Assembly: GCF_000743755.1 (NCBI RefSeq)
Contig: NW_014569540.1
Coordinates: 1-64,000, forward strand
DNA from: Blastocystis sp. subtype 4
Taxonomy: Eukaryota
Length of the DNA: 64,000 bases
Direction of reading: 5' to 3'
Shown: one piece after another, positions 39,238 through 52,241 of the stretch
How positions within the stretch are numbered: the first letter of the stretch is position 1
Layout: every line of letters starts with the position of its first letter
Notes under the pieces: generated by a model
Database searches by the model: none
What the model saw: only the letters and a program-made list of their open reading frames with translations
Told to the model about the DNA's origin: nothing
Translations under genes and position numbers: made by a program

Positions 39238-41078
39238 ATGGCTGAAGTAGAGAATACTTGGGTTGATTCAAAGACTAGGCAGCTGTGCTAAAAGACAAAT
39301 CAGTTGTAAACAAGGTAAATAATTCGTGGAAATATTTAATTTTGCAGGGTGCAGATGCCCGCATGGCTTCTTTCGTTGGAGCTACTGCGGTTGCAGATCT
39401 CGTGAAGTCAACGTTGGGTCCTAAGGGAATGGATAAAATCATTCAAAATGTAACTGTTGGAAGTTGAATATGATAATAGGTCACTACTACGAACGGTTCT
39501 CTTCTAGTGACAAATGATGGAGCAACGATTCTTAAGTCTGTGAATGTGGATAATCCTGCTGCCAAGGTACTTGTAGAACTCGCTCGTATTCAAGACCAAG
39601 AAGTCGGTGATGGAACGACGAGTGTTGTCGTTCTCACTGGAGAATTGATTCGTGAGGCCGAGAAGCTGATTGATCAGAGAATTCATCCCATGGTTATTGT
39701 GGATGGTTGGCGTTTAGCAACGGCTGCTGCTCGGAAAGCATTGGAAGCCTCTGCTGTCAATCATTCTGTATGTATTCACTATTCGGTGTAATCTAGAATG
39801 ACCCTGCTGCCTTCTACAACGATCTTCTGAAGATTGCTCGTACGACTCTTTCATCGAAGCTAGTGAATAGCGACAAAGAGCATTTCGGTAGGATATTGGG
39901 AGGTGGTAATCATCAGCTCGTCTTGCTGTCGATGCTGTTCTTCGCATCCGCGAGTCTGGAAATCTTGACTACATTCAGATTATCCAGAAACCGGGAGGTT
40001 CATTGAGTGATTCGTTCCTTGAGGAGGGATTCATTCTGGAGAAGTCATTTGGTGTGGGTCAGCCTCGTGTATGGGAGCATCCGAAGATCTTAGTGGCTAA
40101 CACACCCATGGATAAGGATAAAATCAAAGTAATGATGTTGAGGAGAATTCATGGTTAGATTCAAAGTACTCGTGTTCGTGTTGACAGCATTGCAAAGGTA
40201 GCAGAGATTGAAGAGGCAGAGAAGGCTAAGATGAAGGCAAAGGTGAATCGTATCCTCGCTCATAAGATGAATGTGTTCATTTCTCGTCAGTTAATTTATA
40301 ATTACCCTGAACAGCTTCTGACTGATGCTGGAGTGGGCAGTATTGAACACGCCGATTTCGAGGGTGTAGAACGATTGGCCGCTGTATTAGGAGGTAAGCA
40401 AAATCGAGACTATTTTAGTCATAGCTGATATTGTGTCAACATTCGACAGTCCAGAATCAGTCCGTCTTGGTGAGTGTGATCGGATTGATGAAGTAATGAT
40501 TGGTGAAGACAAGATGATCCGGTTCAGTGGTTGCAAGGGAGGTCAGGCATGTACTATTGTGTTGCGTGGAGCTAGTTCCCATTTGCTGGAGGAGGCGGAG
40601 CGATCTCTTCATGATGCTCTGGCAGTACTCCAGCAGACACTCCAACATCCTGAACGTACACTTGGAGGAGGTTGTGCAGAGATGATTATGGCAGAGGCAG
40701 TCGATGCTTTGGCTCCGAAAGTGGCTGGTAAGAAGGCACTGGCTGTTGCTGCATTTGCCCGAGCCCTTCGTCAGATGCCTACGATCATTGCAGATAATGC
40801 AGGTCTGGATGGAGCAGAATTAGTATCTCAGTTGCGTGCTGCTCATCACAGTGGTCACGTGGCAGCTGGTCTGGATATGTAAGGAAAAGAGAAGGAGATT
40901 TATGAATAGAGAGAAGAAGTGTGTTGGTGATATGAATGAATTGGGTATCTTTGAGTCACTTCAACTCAAAAGGCAAGTGTTACTGTCTGCAGCAGAAGCA
41001 GCTGAGATGATTGTGCGAGTTGATGAAGTGGTACAATGTGCTCCTCGTGAGCGTGTTCCAGATGAAGGTCGTCATTAA
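39238..41078 (+). CDS. CCT2: T-complex protein 1 subunit beta
   Basis: [78 protein letters not shown]. Confidence 0.96.
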
Positions 41079-41105
41079 GGGTAATTTGTTTGTGTCAGAA
41101 ACACA

Positions 41106-43241
41106 TTAATATTGTTCTTCATTAGGACATCTCTTCAACAACAACTGGGTCTTCTCAATACAATCATCAATCGTAATTCGTTCTTCAATATTCACACGCA
41201 ACATAAACCGAATGAATTTGCAGAAAGGATTAGAGAAGGTACAACAATGATACGTGTTAAGCTTGGGGAAGCTGAACTTTCCATCTAGAATAGCCAGCTT
41301 CATAATACCCTCCACAGGAGACTCAAAAGGACACGTTCCAAACGCCATAGCATATAGAGTACAACCTAAGGCCCAGATATCAACACCTCCATCAACTGTT
41401 CAGTAATACATAATCAATAAGCCTACGATTCATTCCAGGACGAGGATCATAGAGTTCAGGAGCCCGATATGCAGCACTGCAGTGTTTCTCAGCATCTTCC
41501 TAGTCCTCATACCTCTACCAAACTCTCACTTTGATATTGGATGCATCACGACGATCCCTCACAGGAACATCGAGAACAGATACAGAACCGAAGTCGATCA
41601 GGATTGCCTTCTCATTCTTCCCTGTTCCTTGAAGCATGATATTATGTGGCTTGATGTCACGATGAACTAGACCCTTATCGTGGAGTACCTTCACAGCTTG
41701 ACATGTCTGAAGGAAGATACGAAGACAACGAGCCTCCGTAAAGGGCCATACACGAATGGAATCATTATTGAAACGTTCAATCTCATCCCAAACACTTCCT
41801 TGAGAATAGAAAGGAGTAAGAAGAAGATATTGATCAGGCCCAGATCTAATAAATAAGTCACAGTCAAATACCCAAACTCTTGATGTTGCTTACCATAACC
41901 AAGAGAAGGCATAATATTAGGATGTTTCAACATCTTCAATAACTTTAATTCTCGCTCGATTTCCTTGACTGTATCAGGTGTACTTGCATTCATAACTTTC
42001 AGAGCGTATTCTCTGCTTTCAGCATCAGCTACCAAATACACAATGCTGAAGCCTCCTTCAGCAACACGCTTCTACAAATAAGTTCATTTATTCATCCATT
42101 CTTTTGCTGTATACGTCTTTCCGTCGATTGTAAAATGCAAATTCAAAGCATATTCCTCATTAATTAGTGAAGCAAAACCAGACCATAGTGACGTACCAAG
42201 ATTGCGAACAGTATTAGCTCCCTCTAAATATCATTCTATTCTCTCTAATATACTCTTTACACCTTCGTGAACCGAATTACTTATATGAATATTCAACATA
42301 CTTCCAATGTCATCTAAGAATTGATCAATGCCTTCTTTCTTCTTCGGTGTTGCCGTTGTATTCGAGTTCTGCTCTTCCCATTCATCAGCTTCTCCAGCAT
42401 TATCGTCCCAGAAAGAGCCAGCTTCTTCTTGAACTGGCTTCCTGGTGGATTGCTGAGGTACAGTATCAAACTCACTAAAGGCTGAATCGACGTGTTTTCG
42501 CACATGAGGCTTGGGCGCTTCGGTGCCAAGGCCCAGGAAGTCATCATCATTTCCAGTAACTTCAGTAGCGACAGCATCATAGGATTCTTCTTCTTCCTCG
42601 ACTTGGTGTTGACGACGAGAACTGCGTCCACGACCCTTGGTAGAGCGAATGGCAAAAGCATCCTAGAAATGAGAACATTGATTCAGTTTCGAACTGGCAT
42701 TGGCTCCACTTTTCTTCGATGACCTGTTTTACCTACGACTCACTCTTCAAGGATTATTGTACGAGGATGGATCATAGTAATTGGTGACGAGGAGTGGGGC
42801 TGTTGCTGGGGTGTTTCTTCTGAAGGCGCCTGGTCCCAGTCATCTACAACAATCATCCCACGAAATAAGTGCAACCATGCTGAGCAGGAGCAGATTTTGG
42901 AGTTAAGAAATCGTCATCCCAGTCATCCACTACAAATAAGACTCCATAACAACAAATGTACCTTTTGAAGCAGATTTAGATGCATTCGACCTAGCAGGCT
43001 CTGCATTTTCTCCCCAATCATCATCCCAGTCATCGACTATGGATAATTCTCAAATGACACACACAAGTACTTTTGGAAGAACGAGAGATAGATGGCTGCT
43101 TTTTTACGGTCTGTGAAGGAAAAGTATCATCATCCTCCGACCAAGTATCGACTGCTAGGAAGGATGAGACAAACCATCAAGAAAAGTACTCTTCTTCTTT
43201 GTTTCCTCGTCTGACCATCCACCAGTCCAGTCGTCATCCAT
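41106..43241 (-). CDS. NAK-family (STK16/Env7-like) Ser/Thr kinase with acidic Trp-rich N-terminal extension
   Basis: AEGGFSIVYL, YALKVM, HRDIKPHN, LIDFGSV, YRAPELY, DIWALGCTLYAMAFGTCPFE. Upstream exons carry DDWDDDW/F motifs. Confidence 0.85.
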
Positions 43242-44005
43242 TTTTAACAATCGCTACAAAATTGAAGGAGACACTCAGATTATCTAGTATTGGGGATCCC
43301 ACATACTGAATTTCGATAATACCTCAGATTACTGTTTGATTAGAGAGAAAGGTAGTAACAAAGGAATACTTAATATTGGTGATATGGCATCATAGATACT
43401 GAGAGGAAGGCTTTTATCCCATTTCATTGAGTATTCATTCTATGTAGATTCTGCCTGTTAATACACATAATTACCTTCATAACGAATGTACCACAAATTG
43501 TAAATGTACCTCATGTACTCTTCTCTTTCCTGTTCTATTATAGATTCAATGTTATTGTGCACATTTTGAATATAGCCATCAATGGAGGTACAGCGATTTG
43601 GATGCTCATTACTGTGGGTACGAAGTGGATGTCTGAACTTATGACTCTTCCTGATATATGGTTTGTTGTATGATTGTTTCATTTGTTTGAGTTGTAGTTA
43701 CGCGTTTTGATGTTGCTCTTGGATTGTTTGAGCTCGTCCATAATACTGTATTCTATACAAAATCTCAAAGATAGATTGTAGGGTTCTTTACATCTCTACT
43801 TTCCAGATTTGTACAACTACTCCAATATCTATTTTTCATCTTTAGTGTTCTTTTGTTTAGCGTATTTGGAATGTCCTTTTCATCATTACAGGCTGAGGAG
43901 GCTTCCTTACCCATCGTAAGGAATTATTTGTCCCTTATCTTGGTTTATCAATTCGGTGAATTCGCTGTCGCATTTCTTGTATTTGTAACATGGATAATCG
44001 CTATC

Positions 44006-45745
44006 ATGGAATGGATTCTGGACTGCGGAACTAACAACGAAACTACTCTTGCCAGTCCTGAAGAAGCCCAGTTTTTCTCTGTGTCTGGCTTGGAATCACA
44101 GGCTCCTGTGTTCTCCTTCAGCATTGGTGCAATAGATGTGAGTGATACAAGGAATGAGTCACTCCAGTGAGGGTCTGATACTTGATTGATGCATAGATAT
44201 GAGGCTGCTGATCTCATTCCCGAGAATATGGATGAATTACACCAATCGAGATCCCACATCATGGCTGAAAATCCGATCATGGAAGAGCAATCTTTCAACG
44301 CGACAACCACAACTCAGCCTTCAATGCATTCACGGATAGTAACTCAGACATCTTCGTCAAGTCAACGAAACCATCCAGCCATCTTAAGTGAGGTTCTTAC
44401 AGAAGTGGTTCTCGATGATGAGGAATCCAAGAATCCGAGGGAATCCACTATCTTTGATAGATCAATGATCTCTCTGTACTCGGTGAATCCTCCTGGTGAT
44501 AGAGACATCCCTGAGTCTTCTCAGAACCCTTCTCTATCTACACTGCTGATCAATCAACCTCCTTTTCCTCTCTTTCCGCAGGTACATCCAACATCAGAAG
44601 TATCGAATTACCCACTGATGCAAAACAGACAAGAAAGTAGTGATCATACTCTACTACCTACGAGGGTGACGTCTGATGTCCCTGTTACGATTCCGACTTC
44701 TTCACTGTCTTCCCAGACTTCGCAACCTCCTTCATCAATCCTTCAAGGCTCCTTCACCACTCTTCTTAACAGAATGCCTAGTTTGACTTCTGAGCCTCCA
44801 CCAATAACTGCTACAGTCTCTAACATTTCGGGTTTGACCAATCCTATCCCCTGGGCTCCAGATATGGTTTCTGTCATTCCATCGTCTCCTAGCCATCTTT
44901 TGGAACATTCTACTTCAGTCTTTCCTTCCTTTCCTACTGAAAGAACGGATGAAACAATCAAATGGATGGTTGAGATGCTTTCACTTCAGCCAGTCGAGAC
45001 TGTACAAGATACGAATGATAATCGAAATCCAAATGACACTTCGGAACAATTAGAGACTGATACTAACCTTTTTCCGTTTATGAATGTTGTTTCACGAGTT
45101 TCCAAACGTGACATTGGTCCAACTTCCGATCCATCCTTAGATACTTCTCAACAACCTCTTGACAAACCAGATCCAGAGTCGGGTTTTGCAATGTCTGAAA
45201 CGGCCTTAATGCCTGTTTCGGCACATATTCCTGAACCAAGCCATTTATCTGTCTCAGAATCAACATTGGTAGTAATCAATCAGTTGACTCAAGAACTGGA
45301 ATCGGAGTTACTACCGAAGTCCATTACAGAGACAGCATCTAATGACGTCTCACCACCTATCAATGAACCTGGATTGGACTCAGTTCATGAACCTTTGCTT
45401 AATTCCTCTTCAAAGTTAGAATCCGATCCAGATCAGGACGGTAAGAAGGATTCTATCTCTCCGGTACAGCCCGCTGGTACTTGTGAGGATCGTCAAGAGA
45501 GGAGTGGCTCTGCAGATTCAGAAGATAAAAGAGAGCAAGTACAACAAATTAAGGAACCCTTTCCATCAGAAACAGTGTCTCACTTTGAAGCCATTTCAAC
45601 TACACGAATGTGTGAGTGCTGTGGAAAGAGAGAAGCCAGAATGAAAGTAATGCCCTGTGAGAACGAATTATGTTTATTATGTGTGGCAACAGGACCACGT
45701 TGTCCTGCTTGTGGAGCAATTATCGAGATCGTTACTTCTCTATGA
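44006..45745 (+). CDS. Low-complexity S/T/P/E protein with C-terminal RING-like finger
   Basis: CECCGKREARMKVMPCENELCLLCVATGPRCPAC at the C-terminus; TGTTTGTT at 45762-45769. Start approximate. Confidence 0.65.
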
Positions 45746-45920
45746 GTTGTCGACTGCAATATGTTTGTTGACTCATACGTCGATTCTACCAGAGGGGGTA
45801 TCGAAACACAATTCGATGATAAAACGCTTGTGATTTGTCGCTAAATCATAGAAATTCCCGTTATAATGACCGTTTTGTTGGATATGATATGTGTGTTTCC
45901 GCACTTTTTCTTTAATAAGT

Positions 45921-47459
45921 ATGCGATCTTTTGTTTTCTTGGCCGCTCTGCTTGTTCTTGTGTCCTGCACTGATATGCCATACATCTGGCCCCTCCCTAA
46001 GGACTATTCCTATGGAGAGAAAACTGTGACGGTAGATGCCCAGCATTTCCGCTTTATCACTTCGAAACAGTCCAACGAACTGATCGAGGCTTTCCACAGA
46101 TACATGGATGTGATTTTCTACAAGAAATCTGCCCTTGTCGAGGAGGGAGTCCGCAGTGCCCGAATCGAGGTGGAAGAGGGAAAAGTTGAACTCCAGCTGG
46201 ATACTGATGAGTCTTACACCCTTGTGATTCCTGATGATGGTTCGGAGATTACCATTAAGGCGAATAATCCTTTCGGAGCTATGCATGGAATTGAGACTCT
46301 TTCTCAGCTCATTGTTTTCGATCCCGTTTCCATGACCTATGTGATTAAGAACGCCCCTTGGAAGATTGATGATGCTCCTCGTTTCAAGCATCGTGGAATT
46401 TTGATGGATACTTCTCGTCACTTTGAGTCGCTTCCTTCCATTAAGAAGTTGATCGATTCTATGACCTATGCTAAGTTGAATGTTCTCCACTGGCACATTA
46501 CCGATTCCCAGTCCAATCCTGCCCAGTCCCTGGCTTTCCCCAAGTGGTGGGAGGGTTCATATACTCCTATGGAGAGATACACGACCATGGATCTTGAGGA
46601 GATTGTTGAGTATGCTCGCATGCGTGGTATTCGTGTGATTCCTGAGATGGATGTGCCTGGACATGAGGCTTCTTGGTGCGCTGGATATCCTGAGGTGTGT
46701 CCTCGTGAGGATTGTCATGAGCCTCTGGATCCTACTTCCGATATGACTTGGGAGTTGATTAATGGAGTGTTGAGTGAATGGTCTGGAAATGAGAAGAGAA
46801 AGGGAATCTTCTTTGATGATTTCTACCATATGGGAGGTGATGAAGTGGATACTAGTTGCTGGAAGAGTACTCAGCGAATTGTGGATTGGATGAAGGAGAA
46901 CAACTTCACTGATCATGATACCTACAAGTACTTCGTAAAGAAGGTCCATGAGTTTGTGAATCAGAAGCAACGTAATGGAATCTACTGGGAGGAGGTCTGG
47001 AACAACTTCGGAACTGACTTGGATAGAAGCACTGTCATTCAGACTTGGTTGAGCAAGAAGACTATGAAGAGCGTTGTGCAGAATGGTTACAGAGTGATTA
47101 TCTCCGATCCTGTTGTTTATCTGGATCATTTGGATCAGACCTGGGCTGACTTGTACAAGGATGAGCCTTTTGAGTTCACTGATGTGCCTGAAGAACAGGC
47201 TTTGGTGTTGGGAGGTGAAGCTTGCATGTGGGCTGAGACTGTTGATGTCTCTGATCTGTACAACACTGTGTGGCCTCGTGCTGGAGCTTTTGCTGAGAGA
47301 TACTGGTCTCCTCGTGAGGTCAACAATGTGGATGCTGCTCATGACAGAATGATGTATTTCCGCTGCTTGTTGAACCAGAGAGGTGTTCCTGCTGCTCCTA
47401 CTAACAATGCTAAGGGTAGAAGTGCTCCTCCAAATCCTGGTAGCTGTTATGCTCAATAA
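45921..47459 (+). CDS. Secreted GH20 beta-N-acetylhexosaminidase (intronless)
   Basis: Signal peptide, PRFKHRGILMDTSRHF, LNVLHWH, EMDVPGH, catalytic HMGGDEV, GGEACMWAE, WPRA. Confidence 0.95.
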   Translation: MRSFVFLAALLVLVSCTDMPYIWPLPKDYSYGEKTVTVDAQHFRFITSKQSNELIEAFHRYMDVIFYKKSALVEEGVRSARIEVEEGKVELQLDTDESYTLVIPDDGSEITIKANNPFGAMHGIETLSQLIVFDPVSMTYVIKNAPWKIDDAPRFKHRGILMDTSRHFESLPSIKKLIDSMTYAKLNVLHWHITDSQSNPAQSLAFPKWWEGSYTPMERYTTMDLEEIVEYARMRGIRVIPEMDVPGHEASWCAGYPEVCPREDCHEPLDPTSDMTWELINGVLSEWSGNEKRKGIFFDDFYHMGGDEVDTSCWKSTQRIVDWMKENNFTDHDTYKYFVKKVHEFVNQKQRNGIYWEEVWNNFGTDLDRSTVIQTWLSKKTMKSVVQNGYRVIISDPVVYLDHLDQTWADLYKDEPFEFTDVPEEQALVLGGEACMWAETVDVSDLYNTVWPRAGAFAERYWSPREVNNVDAAHDRMMYFRCLLNQRGVPAAPTNNAKGRSAPPNPGSCYAQ

Positions 47460-47473
47460 GATATCATTTTGAG

Positions 47474-47489
47474 TGTTTGTTAACAAACA
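47474..47489. terminator. Palindromic bidirectional poly(A) element TGTTTGTTAACAAACA
   Basis: Perfect 16-bp palindrome between the convergent GH20 and HDAC genes. Confidence 0.8.
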
Positions 47490-47493
47490 ATGC

Positions 47494-50167
47494 ATTCCTT
47501 CTTTTGTTTCTTTCGCATTTCCTCCTCTTCTCTCTTCAACTGTGCTTCCAGAGCAACATAATCTACCTTCTTATGTTGACGTTTCCTTCCTCCTTCATTA
47601 GCTAGAGGGTCAACAATCTTATCCACTTCTCCAGCCTCAATCTCAGGCATATCATAGTTCACCAAATCTTCACTGCCATCCTCCTCCAATTGAGGTGTTT
47701 CCGTTGCTGGAGTGGACTCAACAGGAGACGTCGGTTTCTCAGTTGGCACAAGAGGATTTGGAGTTACTTCCTCTTCCTCACTCATCGCATCAAAGTCAAA
47801 GGATCCTTCCTCACTCATTTTCTCATCCATCTCTTGTTCAGGTTCCATCACACTCATCACAGTCTCTCCTTTCGCAGCAGCATCTTCTTCATATCCCTTC
47901 TTTTCTATCTCACTTTCCATCTTCCATATCTCAGGATCACACTCTTCATAATGATGACTACACAAAGCTTCCACATGAGCTAATACACTCTGCGCCAGAG
48001 GGGAAGCACAGCCTCCCAACACATCATATCCTCCTTCCAATACACTCACAATTCGTCCTCCACACACCGTATTGGCGATCTTCACAATCTCTCCTGTTGC
48101 CCATGCGAAATCACTCTCACTCAATCCTCCGAATCCGTTGTTCAGAATATCACTCGCATGACCATCAAAACCTACAGATGAACATAGAAATCCAACACAA
48201 ACCTGCAGAAATGAAGATCAAATCTGGATGAAACTCTAACAGACGAGGAAGAATATTGGATCGGAATTGTTCTCTCCAGAAATATGCATATTTTCCTTGT
48301 TCTTTTGTAACGTAAACATCCACGATTTCTGGTTTTGTGAATGGAACTCCCGTTTCTGCTTCTGCCACATAATTCACCTTATTTTGAGTATTTCCAGAAC
48401 CGGGGTAAAAATAGTCAGTATTATTGGCAAGCTTTCCATATCCATGGACACTAGCAAAGAACACGTTTTCTCCATCCTTTTCATCCTTCCAGGGTTTATA
48501 GACATAGTTTGAAAACCTACTGTGAATCAATCACCAAATGCTCACTTCAGTGTCATATTCTGTAATACTGTCGTGGAGTCATGTTCAATAGGACAAAGAT
48601 GCTGTATGCAATCTTCTGTACCATTTCCGTGGTGAATATCGAAATCGATAATTGCGATACGATTGAAATTCGGATATGTAGCCCGTGCATATGCTGCCGC
48701 AATAGCTACGTTATTGAATAAACAGAATCCCTGCGAGACATTGCTGTTGTTTGGATTGTTCACAGATCCACTGATTCCGATGTGGTGACCTGGAGGACGA
48801 ATACAGCAGAAAACAGAAGAAGGTCCAGATTCTGTAGTAGCATTGGCAATCCGATCCACTGCTGTAAGAACAGTTTGTACAGCACGTCGTGCTTGAATTA
48901 GTGAATCAGCTGATACGACTGTATCAATGTCAAGATTGTTAAATCCTGAAACAGTCTACAATTATGGCATTCCATAAATCATACCTTTTTCGTGCATGCT
49001 TTCATAATCTTCATCACATAGTTGAAATCATGCACACGTAATACTGAACTCAAGGAAGCTAATTTGGATTCCATCTCCATCTCCACTCGTTCCTTTAGAC
49101 TTCGGTTCAACAGACATCCTCCTAGCTCTTCTGATACAAGGACTCTGCAACGTTGAACTTGCTCTGGGGGAAGAACCTTCTCCTAATCATCATTGTCATT
49201 CTGATATCTCACAGAGCGAGGAGGAGGATAGGAACAGGTCTGATGTTGTGTAAATGGATCTGTGACCAACACTAGAGGTTTCTTTGTCTGATGAGGGAAT
49301 CCAGAACAACTCTTTTCTCGCTTTTCTTCCATCACTCGTTTCCAAATATCAATAGGAATTCGGCCAAATTGATCTGCAGCACGTACATCTAACTCAGGAC
49401 TATGATATCGGATCAGCAGTTGATACACTTCAAGAGCGTCCGACTCGAGACTCACATGAAGAGCATTCTGTTGCTTATGATTCTGAATAGATGCTAGTTG
49501 AGGATATGTATCCATCAGAAAAGAAACAACATCAGCACTATTTCTATTCATCAACTCCAATGAAATCGTTAACCCTTTGCATGCGGAGAGAAGAATCGAA
49601 TTGCCATCACCATCAACTGACTCGAGAAGTGCGGGCCATTCTTCTAGAATAGGACCTAGAATCTGAATCATATTATACGAAGCAGAGATATGTGCAATTG
49701 TTCTTCCCAAACGATCCTTCATTGTCTCCATATTGTCTGGAATGACTAACATCTTCAACACATCGAAGAGATTATCTTCAAACACATTCTTTGTAGCTGC
49801 AACAAGAAGTAAAAAGATAGAATAGGGAATTCCTTCAGTCTTAAGAGTGAGTTTTACTTCATTCTCCAAGCAGACACGGATTGTATCCAAATTTCCTCTC
49901 ATAATCGCTATATGAAGCGGTGTAAATCCAAGATTGTCCTCCTGATCCAAACTAAGTTGAACTTCCTTTGATTTACCATAACTCTACTATTCATACCTTT
50001 GGATTATATTCTCTTTTATTATTCTTCTGGATCTCTTCCTTTAGAAGTTGGAATTCGTCTCTTTGAGCCAAATCATGAAAACGGAAGGGAATAGGAATAT
50101 AAACTTCTTCATCTTCTTCACTATCCTCCGAAAGAGTATTTAGGTTTTCTAGATCGTTCAGAGACAT
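47494..50167 (-). CDS. Ankyrin-repeat plus class II-like histone deacetylase
   Basis: Ankyrin repeats (GFTPLHIA, GRTIAHIS), then RPPGHH, GFCLFNN, DFDIHHGNGT, SAGFDG and LEGGY; acidic tail with basic NLS-like end. Confidence 0.88.
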
Positions 50168-50198
50168 GAAACAAGAATTGAAATAGAAAAGAAAAAGT

Positions 50199-50271
50199 TG
50201 GAGGAGAGGGGCATCGATCCCCTTACCTCTCGCATGCTAAGCGAGCGCTCTACCATCTGAGCTACACCCCC
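50199..50271 (-). tRNA. tRNA-Ala(AGC)
   Basis: GGGGGTGTAGCTCAGATGGTAGAGCGCTCGCTTAGCATGCGAGAGGTAAGGGGATCGATGCCCCTCTCCTCCA folds as a cloverleaf with anticodon AGC and G3:U70; downstream T-run terminator. Confidence 0.95.
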
Positions 50272-50381
50272 GACACGGACTTTCTCCGATGATAACTATA
50301 TGAGCGTTTGTAACCTTAATCCACCCATATTGATTATGTCATTCGTCATAAACAAACAGACAAAAATAATAAAAGGGAGGA

Positions 50382-52080
50382 TTAAAGATCAAGAAGGACT
50401 GGCTGTGAGTTGACATGATGCATCATAAAGTTCTCTTCACGACATACTTCAATATTTGATTCATATCGATTAAGGATTTTAACCCAATTGTTGTCTTCAC
50501 TGAAAAGAAGAACAAAAACACATCGCTCCTCCGTAAATGTCATCCGTTCAATCGAGTAGATCACAGAAGGGAATTCTGCAGTTACTTTCTTAAGAATGAT
50601 TGACATCAATGGCAAATTCTCAAAACTCATCCCAAAAGAAGAACGGGAATAAGAAACACATACTCGAGATTCCATATGTGTCTCATACAGCTTCTTTCTT
50701 GCTTCTTCTCCGAGTTCGAACATCTTCTTCAAAATCGTTCTAATCCTCAATCTCTCATTCTATTCGTACTGGTCTACATTTTCTCGAGACTGCCAACTCA
50801 AATGTCCCTCGGTCCAGGACTCCATAGACTTGACATCGGCAACTCGCTGTAACATTCCATCGAGGAAGGAGATACAGGTACAGAGAGAGCGAATATCTTT
50901 CACCGCATTCGTGTTGAAAAAAGTCATACAAACTTGTCTGGAATCATTGTGATCATCATAATCTGTTTCCTTTGTTTCGATAGAGAAAAATATAGTTGGA
51001 TAAAACCGATTTACTACATAGAGACCTGGGAGAGCATTGAGCGAGTCACGAGGATCTAGAATGAAGGCAACTGCTCATTTTGACCTCGATTGTGGTTGAT
51101 CAATGTCCATGTTACTGTAACTTGGACTGTATTGCGATTGAATGAATCGACCATCCGAAACACCAGATCACTTTTGGCTGCCTTCATCTGCAACTTCATA
51201 GCAGCATCAAGGAGCTTGGATTCGTTATCATTAAGCAAACTAGTTCTCACGGAAATCAGGATATAATCGTGTGACGATTTACCGAGTTCATCTCAAGACG
51301 ATGTGTGATGTAATTGCGAAGCGAGTCAGCAAACTTCTGACCGCCTTCAACAACTACGATCGATTCTACTGCAAGTTTATTACCTAAATCTCCCGAGTTA
51401 TTCGCATCTGTACTGAAAAAGGATGGAAGAGTTGAGTCACCAGCTTCTGGGTTATCTAACATCTGGAGATTCAACTGGGTTAACCAGTCACTGTGTTGAA
51501 CTAGAATAAAGACTACAATCACATTCTTACTCCCAGGTATTTCCGTCGAATAATACGAATAAGCAGGTGCTTGCTGCTCTGGAATAGGACTTGGGATTGA
51601 TGGAAGCGGAGCTGGCTGAACTTGATGGTAGTCAATTGGAGGAGACAAATTAGTAGGATTCACAGAACCTGGATCAATTCTTGGCATAGTTTCGGGCCGA
51701 AAAGGTATAGTAGAGGGAAAAGAAGGACGCGGATCCACATTTGGGACAGTCTTGCGTTTCGTCTGTCTCACTTTGTATACTTTGCAATGCACATGTGGTG
51801 GAGGCTTCTGACAGTTGCAAACACAACAACAGATTCCCAAACAACGAGGACATTTGAAATCCATGTCCTCTGTACTTGCCTTTATCTTGAACTTCTTATA
51901 CAGCTGTTGCAAACAAAAGATACGTTTGCAGTAAGCACAACGCACTCTTCCCTTTCGCTGACCACATTGGGCTTTTCCACAGAGATGACATGTTCGAGTT
52001 AACCCAGAGTCTTCCATATCATCAGTATTCTCACCATGAGTCTCGCGAGATGGAAACCCTCCAGGTGGAGATGGTGCCAT
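50382..52080 (-). CDS. Zinc-finger protein, zf-4CXXC_R1 (CDCA7/JMJ-type)-like
   Basis: RTCHLC..CAYC..FCLQQL..FKCPRCLGICCCVC resembles TCHQC..FCxxCL..WxCPxCRGICNC; Pro-rich linker; multi-exon C-terminus. Confidence 0.6.
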
Positions 52081-52241
52081 ACTACTCTGCACATTACAAG
52101 ATATGGATCAATAATCAAACCATGAACTATTACGATAATTTTTCAAGTCTTTTGAATCAAACCAAAAGTTACTACGTTTCTACGATACGAAGAACTCTGA
52201 CTTCTTGACTATAATGGGCCAGATAGAACAAACAATCCTAA

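Noticed and set aside
43300..43990. Longer AT-rich spacer as an ncRNA or small gene
   Set aside because: No recognisable structure or homology; most simply a divergent promoter/UTR region.
47480..47493. C-terminal CIVC prenylation-like motif on the HDAC
   Set aside because: It lies beyond the predicted cleavage site and is encoded by the poly(A) element itself.
45912..47495. Long antisense ORFs (194 and 312 aa) opposite GH20
   Set aside because: Shadow frames caused by the codon bias of the GH20 gene; no protein-like features.
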